DNA of 64,000 bases, taken from NCBI RefSeq assembly GCF_009914755.1, contig NC_060933.1; one strand, 5' to 3'. A program made the translations under genes and the position numbers. The DNA comes from the human T2T-CHM13v2.0 reference genome, Homo sapiens. The notes beneath the pieces are model-generated. The model worked only from the letters and a program-made list of their open reading frames with translations. It searched no databases and was not told the DNA's origin. Below are positions 11,999 to 24,689 of this stretch, piece by piece (the first letter of the stretch is position 1; each line of letters begins with the position of its first letter).

Positions 11999-12411
11999 AA
12001 ATTTGTGTGTATGTGTGCATAGGTCTGGTTTGTATTATAAGGTATGACAAAGGTTGTGAATATCCCATCCTGGAATTGGTGAAACATTAACCACATCATT
12101 CTGTCTTAACTCATTCAGTTTTACCAGTTAACTCATCTTTCTACCAATTTCTGTATTATTGGCACTCTCTAACTGAAAAATATTAAAAGCTCACCCAAAA
12201 TATCTTAAATAAATGGTGAAAATGAATATAAAAATCAGCTCTTGGAATATATGTTGCATGTGGTTCTCAGGAACAAACTGAACCAGAAACTGAAATGCTA
12301 GATAAACTTTTCTTTTATCTTCCCTTTCTTCATGCATCTACTGCTTTTTCTACTCCTTTTCATTTTTCTTTTTTTCCTCGTTTCCTGCAGACTCATAACT
12401 ATCCCATAGAC

Positions 12412-12622
12412 CAGGGGTGTTCAATCTTTTGGCTTCCCTGGGCCACATTGGAAGAAGAAGAATTGTCTTGGTCCACACATAAAATACATGAACACTAAAG
12501 ACAGCTGATGATCTTTAAAAGAAAATCTAATGTTTTAAGAAGGTTTATGAATTTGTGTTGGGCCACATTCAAAGCCATCCTGGGCTGCATGTGGCTTGTG
12601 GGCCATGAGCTAGACAAGCTTG
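12412..12622 (+). mobile_element. MER30 (hAT-Charlie)
   Basis: caggggtgttcaatcttttggcttccctgggccacattggaagaagaagaattg...gacaagcttg; perfect 8-bp TSD ccatagac (12404-12411 / 12623-12630). Confidence 0.93.
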
Positions 12623-14503
12623 CCATAGACATAATAGAAAAGAGCTACTCGATGTTCCTAAGTTTGCATTTCCTCTCTTCAAGAAATCAGCCAAACTATG
12701 TTTATAGTATGGCATGCCTAATTCCAGTATCCTGGAAAGAAACTCATTGCGTAGTGGAATGAAAGGCCCAACCCATGTCCAATCCAATTGGACCAGGCAG
12801 GCAATGTCACATTTTAAGGACATGGCTTCTGGGGACCCAGGGCTTAATTGTATGTGTTGAGAGGGAAAATTTGGGCAGATAAACCCAAAGTAAGTGTTGG
12901 CTAAATAGTCCATCCTCTTTGGAGGCTAGTCTCTATATTGCTTTACTTTGTGGAAGTTGTACTTTCCAGAATATAACAAATTTCTTTATATAGGCTAGCT
13001 AGAAACTATCTTAAATACTACTGAAATGTAGAACTTTAGATACTTTTTATCATACAATAGAATCTTGAAATTTATAAAAATATTCTTTTGGAAAACCAAA
13101 AGCAGAGCTTCCCCATACCCAAGCTATTGCCCTAGGCTACATCTTTACTGTTCAACATTTTTAACAAAAAACTATGTCCTGCTGTCCTCTAGCCTCCAGC
13201 CTCAAGTATATATTTGATAAGTATTGTTACATTTGACAATATTTTAAGTACTGTTAAATAATTCTTTTATAACATTTTCCTTTTATCAGCTATTGCAGAA
13301 GTCAATCCTTTGTTCTTTTGTTTTGCTTTTGGTTATCAAAGCTGACAAAGAAACCTACTACATTCATTAAGGGAATGATTCTACATAGATGTGGTATCTC
13401 AAAGCAATTTATTTGGCATCATTTATATTAAAATGAAGTATGTGCTTAAAGTCCAACTGTTTAAATTTTCTTGAAACTGAAAGTTTTAATTTATTTCAAG
13501 ATGTGGAAATACCAAAATACGTCTCATTTTTATGTACTTCACATCTTTTTTCTTTTTCTGTATGCCGTTTACATATATGTGTGCATGCGCACGTGTTTGT
13601 GTATATATACACACACATGCACGTATGTTTTAGGAAGTCTAATATCTTAAAAAAAGCCATTTTCTCAAATATAAGAGAATGGTTAAGTTTGTCCCCAGAT
13701 AATTTAAGAAGCCAACAAGAGCAAGAACATTAACAGTAGCATACATTTATTTTTTCCAAATATTTTCTATTTTTTATTCCTAACACTGGGAAAGTCTTTA
13801 CAGAGCCATAGATTTTGCCAGGAGAAATGCTAACATTTTTGAGAACAGGCTTTTGATAAACTCACGAATTCATCACATTTCAAGAATAATGGCATACAAA
13901 GATGTGATTGTTATAATTTGAAAAGAGGGTCATCTTAGTTCAGCTTTGTCCAAGGATAGTGGATATAGCTAACAACATCTGTGAGAAGCTGTGTTACTGA
14001 ACAGCCTGGTGATAATAACCTATTCCATAAAGAGTCTGTTCTGGCTTCTGATTTTCAGTTATAATAATGTGTACTGGCATGTCCTAATGAACCTGGTGAG
14101 ACATGTTCACATGGCCCAATCTTGCTGGCTTCCCAACAGCTGCTCAAAGTTGATGAGGCTCTGGCCTGTTTTGTTTTGTTTTGTTTCCAAGTGCTCTGAA
14201 TGCTATTCATCAAGGCAGCATTCACTAAGCATTATGAATGGTGGATTGCACATCTGAAAAGGCTAGAATGTAAGATGGTGGGGCCTAGCCCCTTGGTATG
14301 TGCTCTGGCTCTGGTAGACTTCAAGCCCATTGTGACAGAGGACATGTGTCAAGGATATGGCCCTCTACGCATGGCCTTCTATTTTAATTTAACCATCTAA
14401 AAATTAGTTTTTTGTTATTTGTTAAGCACTTTGTAACGTGGATCAAGAACAGAAATGAACAAAACATGAAACAGAAATGAACAAAACATAAAACAAACCA
14501 CTG

Positions 14504-14567
14504 TGTATTAGATTCCTTGGGCTGCCATAATAAATTACCACTAGCTTGATGATATGAAATAACAGAT

Positions 14568-14609
<42 letters not shown>

Positions 14610-14970
14610 TTCTGGAGTCTAGAAATCCAAAATCAAGATGTTGACAGGGTTAGTTCATTCTGGAGGCTCCGAAAGAGAACCTGTCCCACGTCCTCCTGGT
14701 AGCTTCTGATGGTTGCTAATAACCCTTGGCATTCCTTAGCTTGTCACTCCAGTCTCTGCTTCCACCATCACATGATCTTCTTTTCTGTGTGTATCTGTAT
14801 GTCTCTTTCTTCTTATAAAGACATCAGTGAGTGGACATAGTACTTGCCATAATCCAGCATGACCTCAACTTGCATCTTAACTACACTTGCAAAGACGCTA
14901 TTTCCATATAAGGTCACATTTGAAGGACTTGAATTTATCTTTTCTGGGGAACAGAGCTCAACTCGTTACA
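14504..14970 (-). mobile_element. MaLR solo LTR MLT1B/C with internal T34 run
   Basis: tgtattag...gctgccataataaattaccac...gcaaagacgctatttccatataaggtcacatt...aca. Confidence 0.85.
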
Positions 14971-15143
14971 ACTGGGTTTTGCTCTACAGCTCTGTTTGAC
15001 TCACATGACTTCTTTCTTCTATTTCATCACTAAAATCCAAATTCTGCTTTCTCAGATTTCTTCAGTAGACTTGATTATTGAGCAGAACTTTAAAAATTAT
15101 CAATGATCAACAAGAACTATATTTGTTAACAAAATCAGTAAAA

Positions 15144-15332
15144 GTCTGGGCAACATAGGGAAGCCCTGTCTCTACAAAATTTAGCCAGGCATGGTGGCCA
15201 TGCCTGTATAGTCCCAACTACTGGGGAGGCTGAGGTGGGAGGATCAGCTGAGCCCAGGAGCACGAAGCTGCAGAGCTGTGATTGTACCACTGCACTCCAG
15301 CCACTGCTGTGATTGTACCACTGCACTCCAGC
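15144..15332 (+). mobile_element. AluJ fragment ending in a 27-bp duplication
   Basis: ctgggcaacatagggaagccctgtctctac...gaggtgggaggatcagctgagcccagg (J-type diagnostics); no poly-A tail of its own. Confidence 0.85.
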
Positions 15333-15642
15333 TCATACCTGTAATCCCAGCACTTTGGGATGCTGAGGTGGGTGGATCACCTGAGGTCAGGAGTTCGAGA
15401 CCAGCCTGGCCAACATGGTGAAACCCCAACTCTACTAAAAATACGAAAATTAGCCAGGCACGGTGGCTCATGCCCGTAATCCCAGCTACTCAGGTGGCTG
15501 AGGTGGGAGAATCACTTGAACCCAGGAGGTGGAGGTTGTGATGAGTTGAGATGGTGCCACTGCACTGCAGCCTGGGCGATAGAGCAAGACCCCATCTCAA
15601 AAAAAAAAAAAATCAATAAATCAATGAAATGAATAAAAAAAA
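15331..15642 (+). mobile_element. AluS (Sx-like), slightly 5'-truncated, fused to the AluJ fragment
   Basis: gctcatacctgtaatcccagcactttgg...gatcacctgaggtcaggagttcgagacc; A-rich tail. Confidence 0.93.
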
Positions 15643-16153
15643 TCAGTGAGTTTAAACACTCCCACAGGTAGCTGTGTGAAGTTATTAGGGAAAAATATCT
15701 AACACAATCTTTAGTGGGCAACATCTGATATTTCCATTGGACAATGCTTTCATCCATTTAATAGATGAAAACTTAGTTCAAGAAACAAGTCTTTGATTCC
15801 CACTAAGGGCAAGCAAGAGTCTTAAGATCTCAGGGTAACTAAACAGAAAAGATGTACATCTTTACTTCAATCTATTTGCACTATAGAATCACAAATAACT
15901 GTTTTCCAATTATTTTAAAATAGAAGTATAATATCACAAACTAGATTAACCAATTAACCATTTTCCAAACTAGTTCATCTCAGAGAAAATTAGCTTGGTG
16001 GCCACTCTGTTCATATAGTTAAGTGTCTGAGACATCAGTGCTCTAAGCTTAGTTTGGGTGTATATCCAGTATAGATCTAGATTTTTCACCCCTTTTTCTT
16101 TTGCTCCATGTCAGTCTTTCATCTTTCAGCATGGCTGTCTCTTTGTTACTTTA

Positions 16154-16480
<327 letters not shown>

Positions 16481-16686
16481 TTAGATGAGGTACCAGATCC
16501 CCAGACAAATAAGTCTTGATTTCCCATAGAAAGGTGCCAGTTCAATAAAAATGGGCACTTCTGCCTCTTTACCTGTGTACTTGACTTTCATCTCTTTTGC
16601 TAAAACAGTGACATACTCTTCGCACTAGCAAAGTGGCTAGCATCCTTAAACCTGACAAATTTAGAGCTTTTCCTGTGAGTGTGAAA

Positions 16687-16718
16687 TGTGTGTTGGTGTG
16701 TGTGTGTGTGTCTGTGTA
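16687..16718. repeat. Interrupted (TG)n microsatellite
   Basis: tgtgtgttggtgtgtgtgtgtgtgtctgtgt. Confidence 0.85.
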
Positions 16719-16959
16719 GGAAGAGAGACATTGAAATTACTTGCTTTAAAATCCACATTATTGACCACACAGCATTTCATTCATGAATATGCCATGGTTT
16801 TAAGTGATCGTTACCCTGTTGTTGAACTTGTGTACTGTTTCCACTTTTCCTCATTTTACTGCTTCCTTTTACTTTAAAACATTGTATCAGTAAGGATTCT
16901 TGGTTGCAGACTAACAGAAAACCATTATAGATAATTTAAAAAGAAAAATTTTTGGATGT

Positions 16960-17260
16960 ATGGCAGATGGAAGCATTGATCTAAATGCTTTATGGCCCTG
17001 TCATACTAATATATGTCTGTACCCCTACCATTGCCTTGTGGTAGACATATGGTACATTCCCACATCTTGACTTTGGGCTTGGCCATAAGGCTTGCTTTGA
17101 CCAATGGAATCTTGGCAAACATGATATGAGTAGAAGCTTGAAATGGGCTTATGTGTTTGGGCTTCATTTCTTACTTTGTAGTGGTCTGAGAATATTTCCC
17201 AGGTAGATGCTGTTTCTTTAGCCTGTGTCCCCGAATGATACATGCCAAGTAGAGCACTTT
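16960..17260 (+). mobile_element. MaLR LTR fragment MLT1H/I-like
   Basis: ttgactttgggcttggccat...ttgctttgaccaatggaat...agaagcttgaaatg. Confidence 0.7.
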
Positions 17261-17280
17261 TTCCAGGGAACCACTGAATC

Positions 17281-17808
17281 ATTTTTCATCTCACAGATTC
17301 TGTGACCCAGGAATCTCAGCACAATTTGGCTGGGTTCTCCAGTTCAGGGTCTCCTACAGGATTGAAATTAAGGTTTTGGCAATGGCTGTGGGTATCTCAA
17401 GGCTCAAATGGGGAAAAATCTGTTTCCAGACTTATTCTTCTGTTTATTAGCATGATCCAGTTAAGAACTATTAAACTGAGGGCTTCAGTTCCTCATGGGC
17501 TGTAGCTGGAGGCTTCTCTCGGTTCCCTGCTAATTGGGTCTCTCTGTAAGCCATCTTACAACATAGCAGCTTACTTCATCAGAGGAAAGAAGTAAGAAGA
17601 GGCAGAGATAAAGTGTGTGTGAACAAGATGAAAGTCAGTTTTGTATAACCTAATCTCAAAAGTGATAACCCATTGCCTTTTCCATTTCTGATCATTAGAA
17701 GCAAATCCCTAAGTTTAGCCCACACACAAGGAGTGGGGAGATTACACAAGGGCATTAATATGAGGAGGCGGCGAGCACTGGGAGGCATTTTGGAAGCTTT
17801 TTACCACA
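17281..17808 (-). mobile_element. MaLR LTR MLT1F-like
   Basis: tctcacagattctgtg...ggctgggttctcc...agcccacacacaaggagtggggagattacacaagggc...taccaca. Confidence 0.8.
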
Positions 17809-18934
17809 TATGGTTTAGAGAATTGATTTGAAAGCTGGAAACTGATTCAGACATTGGGTAGAATCACAGCAGTCAAGAGGAAGGGTATTAAGATGCTACA
17901 AATGACCATTAGGCACATTTTTTACCAGAATCCTAACCAATTCCATTAACATATTGTTTCTGCTCCTGAGAGGTATGAAGGAAGACGTTGTTCAACCTTA
18001 GATGCATGCAGTACAGATTTATGAGTAATTTCACTGGATTGTTTTTCTGAATTGAGAAAGCTTATTGTTTACATTGGACTTAATTGGGGGTAATTACATA
18101 AAAGAGGCCTAAATTGTGTTTTTATTAGTGTATTTAACTTCTTTTGATCACCTATTACTTTTTAAAAAAAGCAACCTCTAAATATTTTACTTAGTGGAGA
18201 AGGCAGTCAAAGAGATTATTTGATAATAGACTTATCAAATGGTTAGTTTTCTGAGTTTTAAACATTGTATTGCGCCCTTTCTTTGCATATGTATATCCAA
18301 GCATTGACTTTAATCACAGGACATTGAAGTACTAAAAGCACACTCTTGTTTTTCAGTAGCAACTTAATTTTTCCTTGAGAGTGACAATCAATTTCTTCAA
18401 CTAATAGCCCTTTGATATTTGCCCTGTTATTCCACTGGCATGAGCTCTCAAAGTGGCTGGGTGACAGGCTCAACTTTCAGCTCAATGGAATTACTCTTAT
18501 GTCCCCTGTGGAAGCATTTATTCCTTGGAAGCTAAGACTTCTAGAGCATCAGAACCTTAATTCAAAGGAACGGGAAGCAACAATTTTGCTAGTGGGTCAT
18601 TAGGTATAACAGTGAGATAAGCCTTTCCCATTTTCCATGTCTGGGAATTCTGACTATGGAAGAAATAGCACCATATATTGAACACTGATTTGGAGCACAT
18701 ACTGGATCCTGGAGGATTGCCCCCATCTCTCAAAGTGTTGTCACCTACCTGGCACTATAACTGAGTATTCAAAAGGTTATTCCATTTTCTATCCAGCCAG
18801 CTGCTTTCGAGTAATGAGGAGCATGATAAGACCAGTGAATTCCATGAGTATGGTTCCATTGTCACATTTCATTTGCTGTGAAATGAGTTCTTGCTCAAAA
18901 ACTGTTCTGTATAGAATACTATGATGGTGGTATT

Positions 18935-19365
18935 AATTGTCTTACAGGTCGGCCAGAAGTCTGAAACAGGTCTCCCTGGGTTAAAATAAGAGTGCTGGTA
19001 GGTCTGCATTTCTTTCTGGAGGCCCTGGGGAGAATCGATTACCTTGCCTTTTTTAGCTTCTAGAGGTTGCTCATTTCTTTGGTTTATGGTACCCTTTCTT
19101 GATCTTCAAAGACCAGCTATGTGCAATCTCTCTGACCATTCCTCCATAGTCACTTCTCCCTCTGACTCAGACCCTGACCTGGCCCTGGAGAGGTTCTACA
19201 CTTTTAAGAAACAATGAGATTAGGTTGGGCCCACCCAGATAATCCACCATAATCTCCCAATATCAAATTCCTAACCTGAATCACATCTGTAGTTTCTTTT
19301 GCCATGTAAGGTAACACTTCCAGGTTCCAGGGGTTAAGATGTCTTTGTGGGGCCATCATTCAGTA
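18935..19365 (-). mobile_element. MaLR LTR MLT1D/E-like inside the ERV-L remnant
   Basis: cagaagtctgaaacaggtctc...gggcccacccagataatcca...ttttgccatgtaaggtaaca...ggggccatcattcag. Confidence 0.8.
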
Positions 19366-19729
19366 TATCTCTTCCTTAGATCTCCTTGTCATTAGTTTTC
19401 CAACTGTGTTCTTTATAAGCCCTTGGCCATGAGCCAACTTGTTAGCTATAGCCCATAAATCATTGCGGACCTATGCCTCTGGACGTCTCTCCTTTTAGAC
19501 AAAGTGAACAACCAGCTACACTGAAGTTCTGCCCAATGGAAAGCTTTTTCTTCACCACTGTCCTTTAGGGGCAAACCCAAGAGGGGCTGTAATGCTGTAG
19601 TCATCCACTTCTGGATATTGCTGGCATATCATGCAAACTCTCTGTAAACCATCTATTAACTGGTCATGAAGAACTCCCCATGAGGTCAAAGGTCTGTGTT
19701 AAGGAAGAGGCAATGAATCAAGAGTAGGT

Positions 19730-20012
19730 CCAACACTTTGGGAGGGTGAGGTGGGTGGATCACTCAAGCACAGGCGTTTGAGACCAGCCTGGGCAATGTG
19801 GCACAACCTGATTTCTACAAAATACACAAAAAATTAGTTGGGCATGGTCGTGCGTGCCTATAGTCCCAGCTACTCAGGAAGCTGAGGTGGGAGGATTGCT
19901 TGAGCCCGAGAAGTCAAGGCTGCAGTGAGCCATGATCATGCCACTGAACCTGCACTCCAGCCTGGGTGACAGAACAAGCCCCTGCCTCAAAAAAAAAAAA
20001 AAAAAAAAAAAA
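19730..20012 (+). mobile_element. AluJ, 5'-truncated
   Basis: gaggattgcttgagcccgagaagtcaaggctgcagtgagccatgatc; A-tail; flanks aagagtagg / aagaagtagg. Confidence 0.92.
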
Positions 20013-20729
20013 GAAGTAGGGATCATAAAAGTATGATCATTTAGACTGCTTCCTCTTGCAACTTGCTTTTCCTTCAGGACCTGCCCAAGTTTCATCTTGT
20101 ATATGCCACTTACATTTGATGATAGCTCTGCTGTGTGCATATAACTTTATGGCTTTGTGGATCAAACAACACCACCCTGTTCATGATGAGCAGCTCAGTT
20201 TGCATAATCTCTGCTGAGCCCAGTAGCAAGCCAAAAGCTCTTTCTCAGAAGAGTAGTAATCTGCAGAGGATGACATGGCTTTGCTCCAAAATCCTGAAGA
20301 TCTGTGTGTGAATCATCTATAGGCCTGACTTAGGAACCTTCCAAAAGCATCATCTAGTCTTCCAATCTGTCACAGGGACCTCAAAGATCTAGTATGGCCC
20401 ATATGGTAGAGCAGCCTACGTGGAATGCTGGACCTGCTGCAGAATCTTCCCCTGTTTTCAGCCTGTGCAAAACCGACAGCCTTTGGGGTCGTTCTGTAAA
20501 TGGGTTAACGTATCATAACAGCTTCCATGGTTGCATATTTTGTTCAAAGTATAAGCAATTATTTTAGTTTTATGTAAAAAGATTCTCAAATGGCTAAGAG
20601 GATAAGCAGATGCCCTGGAACCACATGTTAGTCTATATTAATTAATTCTGTTTATGCCGCTTCAGTGTCTTCCTATTTTTCTTAGGATAAAATTCAAAAT
20701 CCTTATTAGAGATGATGTAAGCCTGCTGG

Positions 20730-20945
20730 TTGCGAGTAGGCTGTGTGTTTGTATCTCAGCTCTGTCACTTACAAACTAATCTAACCTTGAGTGAATTTCT
20801 TCACCTTTCTGGTTTCACTTTGCTTACTTGTAGAATTAGGATAATAATAGCACCTTATAAAAATATGGAAAATGAACAGTTTATGTAAAACAGCTAGAGC
20901 AATGCCTAGCCAATGGTGTACACTTAATAACTAAACCGTTATTAT
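20730..20945 (+). mobile_element. MIR
   Basis: ctcagctctgtcacttac...accttgagtgaatttcttcacctttctg...ataataatagcacct...tatgtaaaacagctagagcaatgcctagc. Confidence 0.75.
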
Positions 20946-21254
20946 TTTTCTTTTTTTATTTATTTTTATTTTTGAGATGGAGTCTCACTCTGTCGCCCAG
21001 GCTGGAGTGCAGTGATACGATCTCGGCTCACTGCAAGCTCTGCCTCCTGGGTTCATGCCGTTCTCCTGCCTCAGCCTCCTGAGTAGCTGGGACTACAGGT
21101 GCTCGCCACCATGCCTAGCTAATTTTTTGTATTTTTAGTAGAGGTGGGGTTTCACCGTGTTAGCCAGGACGGTCTCGATCTCCTGACCTCGTGATCTGCC
21201 CGCCTCAGCCTCCCAAAGTGCTGGGATTACAGGCCTGAGCCACCGCACCCAGCC
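20946..21254 (-). mobile_element. AluY
   Basis: gcaagctctgcctcctgggttcatgccgttc, caccgtgttagccagga, gatctcctgacctcgtgatc. Confidence 0.95.
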
Positions 21255-21426
21255 TATTATTTCTTTAATTTATAAACCCCCGTGTAATCTGGCCCTCGTG
21301 TACTTTACTACTGTTGTCAAATCTGCCCAAACTCCTTTCATTTATTCCAGGAGTTTTTGACCCCCAGGCAGTTACCCTTGCTTTTCCCTCTCCCTGGAAT
21401 TGTCTTCCTCCTGCCCTTCACATAGT

Positions 21427-21874
21427 TGTTATAGCAGCCATGAGAACGAGCCTCACAGATCATCTGAGGGTGTGGGGCCCCGGATGCTGTGCTCTGAAGC
21501 CTGTCACCAATTCTGTCTCGAGGTCATGCCTCTCTGTGCTGCTCACCACCAACAGTCAAGTGTGGTGGGGATACTAGGACAGCTGCATTCCTGGGAGATG
21601 TAGGGCTACTTTGCCTGCTGACTTTGGCTCCAGGAATCCATGACAGCTCTCCTGAAACTTTCTTAGATTTCATGGCAGACCAGGACTCTTCTCACCAACC
21701 TTCTCTCCCTCTCTCCTTCACCTGTGGTCAAACTTGCATTGTGGTATGATGACAATCTCAGCTTTCCCCTGCTCCCTTCCTCTTTCCTTTCATCTCAGGC
21801 ATTTTCTCCAATAAAATCCTTGCATCTTTAATCCCATCTTGGCATCTGCTTCTCAGAGGACCTGGACTAATGCA
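21427..21874 (+). mobile_element. ERV-L-class solo LTR, LTR16C-like, within an L2 remnant
   Basis: 3' end aataaaatccttgcatctttaatcccatcttggcatctgcttctcagaggacctggactaatgca. Confidence 0.75.
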
Positions 21875-21939
21875 GCTGGCATTATTTTCTTTACTGTCTA
21901 TGTAAGTGCCCACTTCTACATGGTCTTCTGTAACTAACT

Positions 21940-22185
21940 TCACAAATGTAGCCCCCTTTCTTGGTTACTGTTTAGCACATCATCTTGCTGGCTGTTTTAT
22001 TTCCTTTATGGAAATTTTCACAATACTTAAGTACTTGTTTTTTTTTTTTGGTTATTTATTTATTACCTGTTTCCTCTGTTAGCATGTACTTCTTCTTTGG
22101 GCAGGGACATGACAGCTCTGACACTTAGCTGCATTATGTGACACATTATATGTGCTTAATGGATATTGTTGAATTAATGAATGGA
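21940..22185 (+). mobile_element. L2 3' end
   Basis: gggcagggac...tgtgcttaatggatattgttgaattaatgaatg. Confidence 0.65.
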
Positions 22186-23339
22186 TTCTCATAGCTTGTC
22201 TAATAAAGGGCTGGGAATTTTGAGGAAGTAAGGAACTATTGGTAATATGTCAATCTGTATATTTTGGAGGAGAGTAAGACTGAACTAGAATATTATTGAA
22301 CAGCTGAAGGCAATATATGGGTCTTGGTCTCTTGGGATAACAAGGTAAAAGAGGTGATATGTTGGTTATATGTCCCTGCTTCTCTGGGACACTTTCATTT
22401 TTGTCCTGTCAACTGTCTAACCACTCTTACCCTTGTCAATATACTTGTTCCAAAAAATAATGGCCAAAGTGATGGGGAAAGGGCATCAGTAGTCAAAAGC
22501 AAGCTTTGTTTTAAGTTATCAAGTTGCTTTAATCTGGTCCAGCTCTTTCTTATCCCTCATGATGTGGAGAAAGGATGGGAACTTTATTTGCTGCACTGAT
22601 GGGGCAGGTCCAGAATTAGGTGTAGGGAGTAAGCCACTGCCAGTCTTATTCAGTAACTATTTGTGGTAGTAGTGTGTACCACATTTTAAAATTCCCTAGC
22701 CTAATTTTAAACACAGAACTATTTCTGTCTTTATTTTCTTCATCGCCTTCAATGGTTAAGCTTAATACAACAAAATAATTCTACATATTAGCCTCAGAAA
22801 ATGCGGGATTTATGGGAGAGGGTGGTGGCTAAGTAGTCCTAGAATTTAATTCTCATGTCTGGCTACCTTGGAAGTTATATGGCAACTGCCCCCAAAATGC
22901 AAAATCTACCTGTAAGTGCTCGGAAATTGTGCCAATTTTGAGGGAAGTTGACCTAAAGCTCATCAGAAGTTTTTCTCAAATTGTGAACTGAGGCTACAAA
23001 TCACTTCCATTTGTGGCTCTCAGGACAAATCAATTTGTGTGCTGGAATAACCGATAATGGATCCCATTTTTGCCTTAGATTCTGCTGGTCTAATATTGTC
23101 TTCAGGCAGGTTCTCAAAGGCAACATGTCTATTAGCTACCCATTCTTTTGGCCAAAAATTGCAACTTTCACGTGTGTGCATGCAAATGTGTGTACAAATG
23201 CACACATAAATTATTTGTTCTTTTTTTAGCATTTCTATTTAACCCAAGCCTATAAACATTAATAAAAATACAAAAAATCCCAATATACACATCTAGTCCA
23301 AGATAGACAAGCCAGAGAAAAACTAGAAGCAGAGGGAGA

Positions 23340-24660
23340 AATACGCTGTTAGGTGAGCAACAAAATCAAAGAGAAACTATCCTTTTGCAAAGGGTCCAGA
23401 TGAAAATGGTAAGAGTTGACGAGAAAGCAGCATTTGCCATGTCCTGACTGTAAAGGTAGAGAAAAAAAAAAAAAAGAAAGAAAGAAAACCTGCCAGGTAT
23501 ATGGGAAGTAAAAGTTCCTCTTTCTTTTAAAACACAATAGCTTGTGTAATTTTGTCACATGCATCTGTTGCTTTCACCTCTTACATTGCGCTGATGTGCT
23601 CACCAGAGCATTCACGGGAGCAATTCTCCCTCCCCACCCCTGACACCTGCCATGGAAAATGCTGCATTATTCATTGGGGAGCTAATGGCAGGTGATGAGA
23701 TCTTTTCACGCTACATCCCTCTCAGTAGGTGTTTATCACTCTGTTCCCCAGCAGCCCTGCTATTACTGAGGGGCCAGAAGAACCCTACACACTCGCTTGA
23801 AAGGTAATGGGAAACGTGCTCAGCTTTCTGGGCTCACAAGCACAGATGAAGGTTATCACCAGGGTGGCTGCAAAGCCTGGGGCGGGAGGAGGGTGGTCAC
23901 TCTAAGCGAACAGCTTAATTTTGGAAATCCATACAAATCATGTCAGAGCCATGATAATCCATCTTCTTTAGCTTCTAGCCTTTCAGCAGTCATTGCGCTG
24001 TAATAATTTCCCTCGATTCACCTGTGATCTCTATAAATAACCAGAGTGAGGGAGGAAAGAAGAGGAGGAAGGAGATGAGTTTGGCTTAGTGTGTGATGAG
24101 TGTGCCAAAGAGGGATTTATCTCTGTCTAGTAAGCAAGACACTGTCTTCTGCAAGGTGCGTGGGGGTGTGGCCATGCACAAGCCAGCAGGGGACAGCCCT
24201 GCGACCCCAGCGCCGTGCTCTGGTGTCATCTGAAACCAGCTTGACAAGAGAGGTAGTGGTTCTAACGACTCATCTGAAAGCTGTGAAAAAAAATTATGGC
24301 GCAGTGCCATGTCAGCACGTGGGAGGAACTGAAGGGGGACTATTTCATCTGCAAGCACTTCCTTCCTTATGGGAGCACCCTTATCAGAGAATTCTTTGCC
24401 ATACTGTATTTGCCACAAATACCACCAATTGATTCTAGCTTTTTAATTCATTTTTTTCCCTGTTGTTTTTGTTGGAAGTAAGAGAATTTTTGGTTTATAG
24501 TTCTGAGTTACGGGAATATTAAGTAAAAGAATTCAAATTTGAAAAAGCCATTGTCATCAAAATAAACTGGAAAGGCAGCAATCAAATTTTTATTCTCTCA
24601 ATTCACTTGTGGCTTATTTCACTGTTCTTCTGGGATGAGTGCTATTTCTTAATTCATGGT
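23340..24660. promoter_or_regulatory. Candidate enhancer / conserved non-coding block
   Basis: Repeat-free, locally CpG-richer; clustered E-boxes (CACCTG/CAGGTG/CAGATG), MEF2/TATA-like CTATAAATAA 24031-24040, near-CTCF CCAGCAGGGGACAGC 24183-24197. Confidence 0.4.
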
Positions 24661-24689
24661 GGCCCATCGGTTTCTCTCTTCCATAGCAC

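Larger units (their letters stand above)
18340..20560 (-). pseudogene. Decayed ERV-L internal region: RT connection, RNase H, integrase, dUTPase (interrupted by an MLT1 LTR and an AluJ)
   Basis: Minus-strand reading gives GFWSKAMSSSADYYSSEKELLACYWA (~20215-20295), an RNase H-like KDSGEEKAFHWAEL (~19520-19570), an integrase-like THFTANEM*QWNHTHGIHW (~18830-18890) and dUTPase-like LSPSHF...EIDCHSQGKIKLLL, in colinear ERV-L pol order with stops and frameshifts. Confidence 0.85.

Noticed and set aside
24086-24481. Overlapping 110-aa ORFs in the GC-richer unique block
   Set aside because: Non-ATG starts for the two longest, no recognisable homology and no convincing exon boundaries; a regulatory reading fits better.
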